Source: Epithemia pelagica (lineage: Eukaryota > Protista > Bacillariophyta). From it: 64,000 bases of DNA. Under the pieces are notes generated by a model, which was given only the letters and a program-made list of their open reading frames with translations, was not told the origin of the DNA and did no database searches. This document shows, one piece after another, positions 32,566 to 43,558 of this stretch. A program made the position numbers and the translations under genes. The DNA is taken from assembly GCA_946965045.2 (NCBI GenBank), contig OX337234.1, positions 496,001-560,000 on the forward strand, read 5' to 3'. The stretch's first letter is position 1. Each line of letters begins with the position of its first letter.

Positions 32566-35500
32566 TTTCAGACATAATGGACCGGTAATAAAAGCAAGAA
32601 TGAACACATGCCTCTTCTCTAAGAGCAAGTTGCTTACATGAACATTTCTGGTAGTGGTTCTACGTGCTGACATTTTGCACAACAGTCACAAGCTACGTGG
32701 ATAGACAGATGACTCACGTGGATGTGCAATCATCTCATCATCTGCATGGCATCCACTTGCATATGGATGAAGCAAATGTACGTGAAGTTTTTGCATGAGG
32801 AGTGGCCAGACATAGCTCTTGATTTGTGCACAGGAGCTGCCCAGAACAATCAAGTGAACATGCAGGAGTTCCTCATCAGAGAAAAAGTGCCTTTGCTTGA
32901 AGTCATCAATGAAGAAACATTTGTTGAGGCGGTGTCAGGAAGCAATGACAAGCACATCCTGGTAACGTTCAAGTGCTCATTGGAAGAAAGTGATGGGGAA
33001 ACAAGCACAAATCTTTTCCTAGTTATGGCAAGGTTTGTCAAGCAGCGGCATTGGATGGCAACATGGAGTGCCTTCCTGTGGCTATTGGTTGAATGGCTAA
33101 AGAAATCAATAGGTCAGCCTGACTTCCAGAATGAGGCGGGTGCATCCATCTGAGACACTTCTTCCTTCCGATATTCCAAGCCTGATCCCTACAGTGCAAC
33201 CGTCCGAATCCGCTCTGCCGAGTGACTTACCAAGTTTGATGCCGAGTCCGCGCTGATACATACAAAATCCGTTCTCGGCTAAAAACATGTGGAAAATTGC
33301 AGGTTTGCTTAACGTTGAACATGCATGAACCAGACAATGACGGCCTATGGTGGTTCAACGACAAGACTCCCAAGTAATCCCAGTGAAACTCAGAAATGGT
33401 TGCTGCGTTCTCTACCGAAAACCCAAAAGGCACAATTCAGCATCTCGTAGAAACCAAACAGAATTGTTGGCATTAACTTTTGGTCATTAATGTAATTACA
33501 GCATATTTCGGGAAATGAACTTGTTCGATTTTCATGGCTTCCTTGTGGCTCGCGCCATTGTGGATGCAACGTATGTAAGGAGAAATTGAGGCTCTAAAAA
33601 CGATCGTGAACTAACAATAAGTTGCACTAATTAACTGATAGGAAGACTCACTTCAGCGCCGCAGCACGGTTGTACAGAAATCAATTGGAGCGGAAAGCAT
33701 CTGAAAGGGAGAAGGGATTACTGTGACACTCCTGGCTCTTAGTCAATAAGTTGGAGTCCCTTCATCACACTACCCTTTCAATCAAGCTTCATCAGCACCA
33801 AGTCAAGCCACCAATAGTAACCAGCATGAGGAAATCAAAGTGCAAGGAGTCATGTCAAGTCTCAAGTGTATTTGCCCGAGCGGCAGAAAATTTCGCTCCT
33901 CGTGCGCGCATGCCTGCATTTGAAGCGTAGGCACCCGTACCGTTCCTACTGCTGACCAGCTGCCGGTCAGCGCTGACCGCAATCTGGTAGCGCTGACCGC
34001 AAGCTGACAGCCGCACGTGACGAGAGTTGCGCGTCGTCTTGTGGTCCAGGTTTGCTCGACCATTCAATTCGAAGAATCCTATCTAGTGAAAGCCGCACCC
34101 TGGGCACTGTTGTGCACATTGACTTTGAACTTGAAAAGATACAGAGTATCGCGTGATATATTTTATACTCATTTCGGAAGCGAACTAGTTGTACGCTTGA
34201 AGAAGGATATAGGGATAAGACCATCAAAACCAATGGCAAGCTATCATTCAGACTATAACACACAAGTTTCGGATGAAACTGGAATGCTAGTGTCGCAAGA
34301 CTAGAATCACCTATTAAGCTGAGAGGATAGAGAGAACAAGCAAGCAAGAGCTACATTCTTTAGTTCGTTTTGGCCGGTTCCCCGTTTTGGACAATAAAAC
34401 CAGAGGAGGTCCACAGCCCCTTATTAGAAGTCCTTTCATCTTGCATTCCGTTTTAGCAGTCTGCATGGCATGAGAGGTGCTTAGAGATTATTTAGATGGA
34501 GAAACCTCACTCCTTAAGGATTTTGCATCATCATGAGGCAGACCAATCTTCTGTATGCTTTGTGCCATGGAGAATTTACCTGCAGTAGGTCTAATAAATG
34601 GCATCGTCTGGACTACTGTCCATAGCTAGGTCACGTCAACCGAAATGCCGCATACCACTTCGCGTTGCGGTTGTTATACTAGAGGATAATATGTAGGATA
34701 TTCGGTGGTCATACTGTCGGTGCTCTTTTAACATCGATTTTATTGAATTGGTTCGGCGGACCACCTCCCGATGACCGCGGTTTCCGATTTTGACGAGTCC
34801 CTGCTTTTGTACGAAAATTGGTTCCATTTTTTGCTTCTGTTTCGTCTTCGTCTTCATCGTCATTATTATGCCGTCAACCATTGTATCTCCTCCTTCACTA
34901 CTAGTAGTTATCGTGACCATACCGGGTAACGTCCCGGGCAGGGAGGACAACGTATGCGGATTGGGACGAGATTCGTTTTTGGAATTTTGGTTGGCCTGCG
35001 CTGCGAACAAATTCGATCCGCTTATGACTTCGCGTCACAAGGTTTTCATTTTTTGGGGTATCGTTTCTCCCATTACTGCTTGGATCCGTTCCACTTTTTG
35101 GGTGCAGATTGCCTACGAACATTCATGCCGTTCAGTTCCTTTCCAACTTCCCACGTTTTTTCCCTAGTGCATCGTAGAATTCGCGGTTCAATCCGTCCAA
35201 CGTTGACTTGGTGTACAGCGTCCCCTCCAACATCCTTGTCGTTCCGCCTTCGATGACGACGTCCCTTCACGAAAATGGTTCGGGGAATTGCAAATCGAAA
35301 GAAATGCCACGCGGTCGATTCTTCTTCATGTCGTCGTCATTTTCCCCTCCAGATACTGCCACCTTCCCCGAACCACCGTACACAGGACTCGTAACTGCGC
35401 CGTTTTCGCCGGTGAAACTGACTGTATCCGAACGCGACTATGATGTAGTGGTGGTCGTCGTTGTCACCGTAATCTCCTCCCTCCACCTACCCTCTTCCCC

Positions 35501-35893
35501 CCACAGAATACATGTCGAATAAAGCGCAAGTTGAGAAAACTGTTGACATCTAAATCATACTCCGTTGACTACGTTTGTTCTGTGGGTGTGAAAAAGAGCT
35601 GCGTCCCCTGCGTTGTCTCCCCACCACAGTACCATTTATAGTAGCCTGGCCTGTCGTTCTTGGTCGCTTTGCTCTCTGGCAAGGCGCCACTCACGTAGTG
35701 AACCGGCTGTGTTGCGGCTTTCATTTTTCTCTTTCTTGTGATCGCTGGAATGTCGAGGAGGAGCAACCCGGCGAAGATTGCTCGTCGTCGTCGGCCTCAT
35801 TTCGGAAGCTGCTCCACCGACAGTTGTGATGATGGTGCCGTCGTGAGCCCTCCAGGCTGTCGTCATCATCATTGTAGTCGACAACAGATCATC

Positions 35894-37078
35894 CTAGCAT
35901 GCAAGCCCGCCACGGTTCAAGGAATCCGCAAGGAAAGAGGCACGTTCGGTATCGGACACACATGTGTCGTTTAAGCCGTCATCCACGCCTTGTGTAGTGT
36001 TTGGTGGCTCCTCCTCATCTTCCAGAGGGGGGCATGCTGGCATTAGTTTTGTGTCGCGAGACGCGGAGTAGTTGATTGCGCTTTTAACCAACAGCAGCCA
36101 CGGATCGGGCAGGGAATTTCCCAATGTCATTCGGACCTTTCCAACATGTACTGGGTTGCTTACTTCGCCTGTGTAGATGGTCGGGATCCCAATTTGTGAT
36201 GCTGGGTTTGCCTTAATTTCGTCAACAAGCTTCTTCCAACGGAAAAGCGATACATTCTTTGGATTGTTGAGCTCTTTGTGCTTGAAAGACTCGAAGACCT
36301 CGTTACCCTTGACACAACCGGCAACGCCCCTGATGAACGTACAGAGTAGTTTTCGGGCCTCTTCAATGTCATGTACCGAACACTCTCCCGGCACCATTGA
36401 TAGAACAGACTTCGAGGCCCGTCTTCTCTTTGCCCCAAAGGTGATTGCAAGGCAGTCATATTCGGTTGCCGTTTCCTCGCTGCTGGCCCAATTCATCACT
36501 TCATCAAAACTCAAGCAGGGAACCAAAATCATGGACGGATCCTCTGAGTCAAAATATGTCTTCTGCGCGGAGCAATACAGTTTGTTGAATTTGTGGCCCT
36601 TGAGAGACGTGAAGCGTTTCCCGGCTTTCACGCCCACAAGAATCTTCCGCCTTTTGAGGTTTGAAGCCCCTGGTACATTCTCGAATAGGGCATCAGTTTC
36701 GACGTTCACTCCAACTGCTGCTTCGCCGAGATAACCGAAAGCCTTGTGACATGTTTCTGCATGTGATAGAAGGTGTGCTGCCTCTGCATCAGTGTTACCA
36801 AAACAGTCGAGTTTGAGACGGTTATTTTTGTGGTTTGCCGTGCCAGAGCTGTAATCTGGATTTCGAATCCCAGATTTGAGGTTTTCGTAGCAAGTCTTGT
36901 AAAGCCTTCCCTGATCATTTGTGCGTTTGATCACGTCAAAGTCATTGGCGGCTATGGTGATAAAGGAGTCGGCATCCCACACTGACTCCATGAACGTGAA
37001 ATATGTGCCAGCACCCCTGAGCTCCAACTCCTCCCTGGAAAGGGAAGCTCTAAAAGCAAGATCTTCATTGGCGATCAT
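35894..37078 (-). CDS. Uncharacterised eukaryotic protein, possibly HNH-nuclease-like
   Basis: Open frame from ATG 37078; C..GNTDAEAAHLL..H..NKL..QKTYFD resembles AAH(I/L) HNH_2-type motifs; assignment tentative. Confidence 0.4.
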   Translation of the reverse strand: MIANEDLAFRASLSREELELRGAGTYFTFMESVWDADSFITIAANDFDVIKRTNDQGRLYKTCYENLKSGIRNPDYSSGTANHKNNRLKLDCFGNTDAEAAHLLSHAETCHKAFGYLGEAAVGVNVETDALFENVPGASNLKRRKILVGVKAGKRFTSLKGHKFNKLYCSAQKTYFDSEDPSMILVPCLSFDEVMNWASSEETATEYDCLAITFGAKRRRASKSVLSMVPGECSVHDIEEARKLLCTFIRGVAGCVKGNEVFESFKHKELNNPKNVSLFRWKKLVDEIKANPASQIGIPTIYTGEVSNPVHVGKVRMTLGNSLPDPWLLLVKSAINYSASRDTKLMPACPPLEDEEEPPNTTQGVDDGLNDTCVSDTERASFLADSLNRGGLAC

Positions 37079-37383
37079 GTCGTCGCTCTTTCCCGTTGCA
37101 GACCAAACAAAAGGAACAGGCGCCATTCCTCGATGCGGTACGGTAATGTCTGATCGAGAGAGAAGAGGGGAAGAGTGTCATCGTCGTCGCCACTTTGAAA
37201 GGTTCCGAACGCGCCCCGAGAAGTTCAGAAAGACATAGCAGCGGGGTCACAATTTCGCTGTCGCTGTTGCCCGTCCGTCCGTCATCGTTCATGTTTTGAT
37301 TTTTGTGTGAATGAATACGGTCGACAAGCAGACCTGTGTTGCAAAGTCTAAAACGTAGTACAGACAGACTACCAAACAAATTA

Positions 37384-37945
37384 CTCCCTCCTGAAAGAAA
37401 ATAGTGCACGATTTTTTTTTTGGTTATTTTAGTCGCGTTAAAAACTCTCGTAGGCTCTGGTACAAACCTACAGGAGGACGGCTGGCTCATTCGGAGTCGA
37501 ACTCCACCCTGATTTCGTAGATGAACATATGCGCGAGTCTACACTATTATAGGAAAAGTACAACTTTTGTGTGCGACGAGTGAGCAGAACCATGGCCAAA
37601 GGTGCCGTCGTTGACCATGGAATTCAGCATGGAAATGGCACGAATCTTGTCAGTTGCACGCATATTCCTACTCTTTGATGCCCTGGGGGGCCGCCCTGAA
37701 GAGGACGTGTTCATAGGCGCCATAAAAGTCTCAACCGGTGGGCACTGAAAAGCAAAGCTCGAAATGGCGCCTTTTGAACGGTCATATCTCATCCCCTTGC
37801 AAGAATCGAACATATAAGTAATACACCAATATAGAGCTAATGAGTAGAGCTTTCTAGGGAAAAAAATTTTAGGAAAAAAGGACGTTTGCTCGTTGAGATA
37901 TCGTTTTTTTTCTATAATCGTGCACTATTTTCTTTCAGGAGGGAG
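37384..37945. mobile_element. Tc1/mariner (Stowaway-like) MITE, 562 bp
   Basis: Perfect 30-bp TIRs CTCCCTCCTGAAAGAAAATAGTGCACGATT; TA TSD at 37382-37383 and 37946-37947. Confidence 0.9.
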
Positions 37946-38103
37946 TACGTCCTATCTTAGATTGTGAGACTATCTATCCAAACCACAAAGATCGATCTCA
38001 TCGATCTTTGACCCTTTTAGTCTTGTCGACCTGTCGGTTGAATCCATTGAAGATCCCGTCACCATTGTCGACCCTTTTCATTCTGCCGTTGACCACTCTC
38101 ATC

Positions 38104-39327
38104 TCATGTTCCCGATGTGAACTCAAAGATGATCTTGCGGAAGATGTTGGAGTCAGCCGTCTTGCACATGTCTCTCAGACTCTTGTTCTCTCCGGCGTTG
38201 TCACACCTTGTTTTCTTGACTTCCGTTTTGTCGTCTTTCAGGTCTCGCATCAACGACATGACTTCATGCGGTGCATCCGACTTGGCTTTAAGGAGTCTAC
38301 TCCATGTCCTTCCCATGCAGTCGTCCACGATGCATAACCACACCTTGGCTCCTCCCAAGGATCTGTGCTCGGCTACTGTCGACGAGTCAATGAACAAACG
38401 TTCGCCGCAGATCTCACTCTGTGCCTTCGTGGTCTTCTTGACTGCCTTCTGCTGCATGTTGCTCATTTGACATTCTTCACATGCCTCGAGAGTCCCAGTC
38501 AGCTTAATTCCATGCTTCTTCGCTGTTACCTCCATCGAATCCTTGCTAGCTTGGCCCACAATCCGATGGAATCTGTTAATGTCGACGCATTCATTTGGTT
38601 TTGGTTTCTTCTTTGCTTGTTGCTTCTTCACTTCATTTGACCATGTAACTTTTCTTGTAGGCTTCTCTTGGCCCATCTCTTCAATTTCATCTTCCGAGTC
38701 TTCGTCATCTGCATCTTCATCTGTTACGCAGTTGACGTTCTTGGTTGGTTGAGGTGCATCTTTCACACATGCCACCTCCCCCTCCGATGGTTCCGACATC
38801 CTTGGAACCAAATCGACACCAACCAAAACGCCATCCTTTGTTCTGATGACTCGATCGAACGATAACGTCGCCCCGTCCTTGGTTAGCGTGATCGTTACCC
38901 CATTATTTGTTATTTGCCAGCCACTCTCCAGAGCTTTTGTCAGGCTAAATAACGGTTTTGGCTGACGCGGTGAAAGCTTGTTTGGCAAATTCATCATGTT
39001 GCGACGAAGATGTTCCATCAGCCTTCCTTGTGACGGCTTGGATAGATAGTCTCCCGTCATTTCGTTAGTTGGCTTGCACTCTGGCTGCATTAATCCCTTG
39101 CTTACTTGATCTGTAACAAAGAAATGCCTCATGTCCACATGACGAGTCCTTTTTCCGGTGCTCGCTCTTCCATTTTTGATCCATTTGAGGGTACTTTTGT
39201 TGTCCTGTTGTAATCGACACAGTGCAACGTTGCATCCTTGCTTTTCGAGAAATTTTCTCATCCATAAAATGTGCGACATTGCGTCGTCCACTGCTAATCG
39301 CTTCTTCGATGCGCCTGTGCGTTGCAT
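38104..39327 (-). mobile_element. Degenerate Ty1/copia pol fragments: RNase H followed by GAG-pre-integrase/integrase
   Basis: QDNKS..KRTRHVDMRHFFVTD..PTNEMTGDYLSKP (RNase H); HRIVGQAS..CEEC, GERLFIDS, IVDD, RCDNAGEN (integrase); no LTRs seen. Confidence 0.85.
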
Positions 39328-39469
39328 GAAATGTTGGAACGTGCTGTTTCCTAGCTACGTTTGCACAGGTTCTAGCTCAAACTGTTAGGTTCCCTCACTA
39401 GTGTGAGACTATTGCCCTATCTAGCGCATAGATTGTTCTTTCATGCAAAGTATGAGCCCATCGTTAACA

Positions 39470-39603
39470 CGTCGCTCATGTCGTCGACTTCATTGAACGC
39501 GCTCGGCAAACCCTGGTCCCAGTTCGTTGATCCGCTCCAGCATGTCGACATGGGCGGGCCGGAAGCGGGAGGTGTCGTAGTAGTCGCGAAAGGTCAGCTT
39601 CAT
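39470..39603 (-). pseudogene. 5' fragment of the bacterial gene downstream of the NicX-like gene (possibly acyl-CoA dehydrogenase-like)
   Basis: ATG overlaps the upstream stop (ATGA); MKLTFRDYYDTSRFRPAHVDMLERINELGPGFAER; homology boundary approximate. Confidence 0.4.
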
Positions 39604-41839
39604 GCCAGGTCCCCCTGAAGAACGCCATTGATGACAACCGGCGTGCCGTCGAGCGTGATGGTGCAGCCGCGCATGGGCAGGTCGAAATGGCCGAGCGTGA
39701 AACGGCCGGCATACTGGTTGGAGCCGGTGGACCACAGGAAATTGCCGGCAAAGGCGCGAAACTCGGTGCCTTGCACATCGCGCTTGTCATACAGCGCCAT
39801 GCTCTCCCAGCGGGCATGCGGATTCATGCCCCAGCCCACATGGGACAGGCCGTAGGCCACCGGGTCATCCCAGGCCGCCAGGTATTCGCGAAACAGTTCG
39901 GCGTCGACATTGTCGCCGGTTATCGCGCTGACAAAATCGTTCTCGACGACAAATCCGATCGTGTTCTGCAGGTAGGTCTTGAAGGTCAGGTTCATGTCGC
40001 CCGGCGCCATGACGATCTGCCCGTTGATGGTATTCTCGCCCGGAAAGCACAGGCACAGCCCGCCGGGCCAGTGAGCAACGCCGCCCTTGGCAGTGGTGAA
40101 GCCGGGCGTACCGCCACAAGGCGCGTCGCGCACGTCGATCACCAGGTCCGTGCCGGCTGCACTGGTCACCCGTATTTCGGATGCAGCCTTCAGCATGTCG
40201 ATGCCGAGCTGCACCTTGGGGCCGAGTTCGCCCTGCGGTTCCGTGCGCTCGAGGATTTCCGGATGCTCGTTGCAGATCACGAAGAGCCGCGCGCCGGCCT
40301 CCTCGATTTCCGGCCACTCCTCGGCGTGCAGCAGGCCCTCAACGGTGACGTCGACCACCACCTCGACCCGTTTCAGCGCTTCCACCACGTGGCGGATGCC
40401 GGCGATGGCGTTGGAGGCACCGGTGGACTTGACCGGCACCGGGGCGGTCTGCGGCGGGGTCTGCAGCACAATGGTCGAGTAGACGGCGCCCAGTTCATGG
40501 AGCGCCAGGGCACACAGCTGCTGCAACACGGGCCGGGACTGGCTTTCCGCCACGATCGCCACCTGCGTGCCGGCGCCGATGCCGTTCAGCGCCAATGCGC
40601 GCTTGGCATCTCCTCCGTCCGGCTCACTCCTTAGTTCACTTCCTTGCACCTACTCGTATGGCATTGGTCACAAAAACACGAAGAGAGAATGGGCGCGCAT
40701 CTGTACGTATAGTACTGACTACGTACAATTTACTGATAGGGGAACTCCGACCCACAGGAGCAAAACGGCCGCTTGGGAAGCGTAACCATTCTTTCAAATC
40801 GACGCACGCTCAGTAGCTGTCGGTTACCAAGCATGCTCTTGCTGACCGTAGATTCTTCGCCCGAGTACCGTTCTAGCCCCCGCAAGCACGGGTTGGCACG
40901 CAGGGCGAACCGCTGCAAAATACCATTTGCCAAAATCCTCACATGCCACTGCGAGAATTTTGCCAAAGCCTTCACATGTCCACGGTTTCCGAAATCCATC
41001 AGCCAACTCGTAAACGACGAACAAGCGACATGAAGTCATCTTATCCTTATCCAGGGAGGGAGGGTGGGAAAAAACTAAAACTCAGAGCAATACAAACTCA
41101 ATAGATGCTGGACCTGCAGGGAAGAGCACCTTCTCGAATAGATCAATCTGAAGACAGTGTGACCAAGACGATTGTCCCAATCCGTGGTTCAGAACTCTTG
41201 GTGAATTCTCACACACGTACTCGGATCTTTCTTCAATCGTCTGAATCTTGTAGTGTAGGTGAAGGTCTGTGAACTAAGTGACTGACACCGTCCGTTGTCG
41301 CCACCGGATTAGCTTGAGCACATGTAGGCATCTCCTCCGTCCGGCTCACTCCTTAGTTCACTTCCTTGCACCTACTCGTATGGCATTGGTCACAAAAACA
41401 CGAAGAGAGAATGGGCGCGCATCTGTACGTATAGTACTGACTACGTACAATTTACTGATAGGGGAACTCCGACCCACAGGAGCAAAACGGCCGCTTGGGA
41501 AGCGTAACCATTCTTTCAAATCGACGCACGCTCAGTAGCTGTCGGTTACCAAGCATGCTCTTGCTGACCGTAGATTCTTCGCCCGAGTACCGTTCTAGCC
41601 CCCGCAAGCACGGGTTGGCACGCAGGGCGAACCGCTGCAAAATACCATTTGCCAAAATCCTCACATGCCACTGCGAGAATTTTGCCAAAGCCTTCACATG
41701 TCCACGGTTTCCGAAATCCATCAGCCAACTCGTAAACGACGAACAAGCGACATGAAGTCATCTTATCCTTATCCCCCACCTTGCCTCATCTGCCGTATTT
41801 CGATAGCAAAGACGTTCTGTCAAATCGTCTTTGAGAAAA

Positions 41840-43558
41840 TTACAATTCTTCCGAATATTGCAACAAGGTTCGTAGCGCTGCAACAACGTCGGTGTATACC
41901 TCTAGCATTTCAGATTCCGCGAATCTGTTACCAGCGTGATCCTGTTTTCTCCATCGGTTGTTCAGAACCACAACATCTTTTGGGATCCGTTGGTTTCTGG
42001 CTTGCGTTGTGGACCCTCGTCTGAGCGATCGTCTTACACTAAAAGATGCTCCCGATTCCGTCAGATCTGGGACCAGAGATGAATGGGCAATCTGCATCAC
42101 ATACAAACTCTTGTGCCATAGGATGTCCAGCTCTCTTATGCTTGCGGCTTGATCACTTCGGGGTCTCAGTCGAATTAACGGCCCCTCTTCCACACCAATC
42201 AACGAGTATAAATTGAGTAGCCTTGTCATCCAAACGGCATTCTTGATGCCTGACTTGGTCTCTGCCGCTAACGGAATTTTGTGGCGTCTAAAACCAGTCA
42301 TGTTCTTGAATCTGCCTTGCAATGCCAACACCACATGCGGTTTCTTTGGGTGCTTCAAACCCAAGTTCGTGTACAGCTTGGATTCACCCAACCTGATATG
42401 TCCCAACTCCTCCCCTCGTAGCGCCGAGGAGAAGCCCAACATAAGTGCCGCACCCATCACGACCGTCTCAAACTTCGACAATGAGTATCCCACCGTCATC
42501 TCTTCTTCCCGAGCCCATGCCTTCTCGTAGAAACCTTGTAGGGCCAACAACAATTCAATGGATACCGCGGCATCTTGCAGTTTGACATCACCCATCCGTT
42601 CATGGCTGCCAATCATAAATTTCTTGAACCACATCGAATTGGTTGAACTGGTGGTTATATGTGTGGATCTCTTTCCGTCTGACATGATGGCTCCATCCGT
42701 ACCTTTAGGAGTGGTATGAATAAAATTGCTAATTCCAGAGCGAATCCCTCGCATAGTATCCCACTGGATAGTCTTCGAGTTTCTTCCGTGATCCATGGAG
42801 CGCTGAAGAGACACCATTGCAGGCACCATGCCCTGCACATCCTCCACCGGAAATGGTCCCCTGGGAGTGTCAGGACAAGGGTTTTCGATTCGTAGATCTT
42901 TCAGGATCTTCATCACTCTAATCACCTCTAACAGGTTTCCCTTTACCGTACTGGAACGCCTCGCCCAGAACGCATCCAAGTTGGCCCGGGTGATACAAAG
43001 CTGCGCCCATTTGTCTTCTCGAGACTCGTATACCGGATCTCTCTTGTAAATATTCCGAAAATGACATAGAGTACATTGGAACGTGGTAAGAAGATGGTCA
43101 CCTGCTCTTGCGCAAGTGTACCAGTCGTCCATATCCTTACGTTCCTTTTCCGTTGCTTCCCAGCCTTCTGTTTCCTCCACCCACTCTCCGTTTTCGTTAA
43201 GTTCCATCTTCCTCGGCTGTAAGTCACGAGGAAACGGATCGGGCTTCGCTGTCACCTCGTAACAGTGAGGGTGGTACGCCGAACGGCACGGTTCCCAATG
43301 TCCACGCGCGTGCCCATAGTTGGCACAGATGATGCCCCGCGAATGGGATAGATTGCCTGTGCAACGTGCGCACGTAATGGCCTTGGTCTCGAAAAAATGG
43401 CTCGAACTTAACTCGCCAAGGCACTCTGTGTAGAAGAGGGAAAATAAAAGCGAGAGTGAGAGGCTCAAACTCCGACTCACGAGGCCACCATTGCTCGCCG
43501 AACGGAAGAACACAGATAACATCAGATATTTTGAAAAGCATCTTTCTCCACTTTCCAC
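41840..43558 (-). CDS. Tyrosine recombinase of the retroelement (true start uncertain)
   Basis: ALRGEE (Arg I), FKN, RSLRRGSTTQA, NRWRK, EVYTD; N-terminal Cys/His cluster; overlaps pol. Confidence 0.8.
   Translation of the reverse strand: MESGERCFSKYLMLSVFFRSASNGGLVSRSLSLSLSLLFSLFYTECLGELSSSHFFETKAITCARCTGNLSHSRGIICANYGHARGHWEPCRSAYHPHCYEVTAKPDPFPRDLQPRKMELNENGEWVEETEGWEATEKERKDMDDWYTCARAGDHLLTTFQCTLCHFRNIYKRDPVYESREDKWAQLCITRANLDAFWARRSSTVKGNLLEVIRVMKILKDLRIENPCPDTPRGPFPVEDVQGMVPAMVSLQRSMDHGRNSKTIQWDTMRGIRSGISNFIHTTPKGTDGAIMSDGKRSTHITTSSTNSMWFKKFMIGSHERMGDVKLQDAAVSIELLLALQGFYEKAWAREEEMTVGYSLSKFETVVMGAALMLGFSSALRGEELGHIRLGESKLYTNLGLKHPKKPHVVLALQGRFKNMTGFRRHKIPLAAETKSGIKNAVWMTRLLNLYSLIGVEEGPLIRLRPRSDQAASIRELDILWHKSLYVMQIAHSSLVPDLTESGASFSVRRSLRRGSTTQARNQRIPKDVVVLNNRWRKQDHAGNRFAESEMLEVYTDVVAALRTLLQYSEEL

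Noticed and set aside
32722-33153. 143-aa ORF
   Set aside because: No recognisable motif; lies in degenerate CpG-poor sequence
39687-40634. 315-aa plus-strand ORF
   Set aside because: Antisense shadow of the GC-rich NicX-like gene
40605-41774. Repeats as a conventional LTR pair or a CRISPR array
   Set aside because: The A-[ORFs]-B-A-B layout, absence of a TSD and presence of a YR gene indicate split direct repeats; no short repeat-spacer array was seen anywhere in the window
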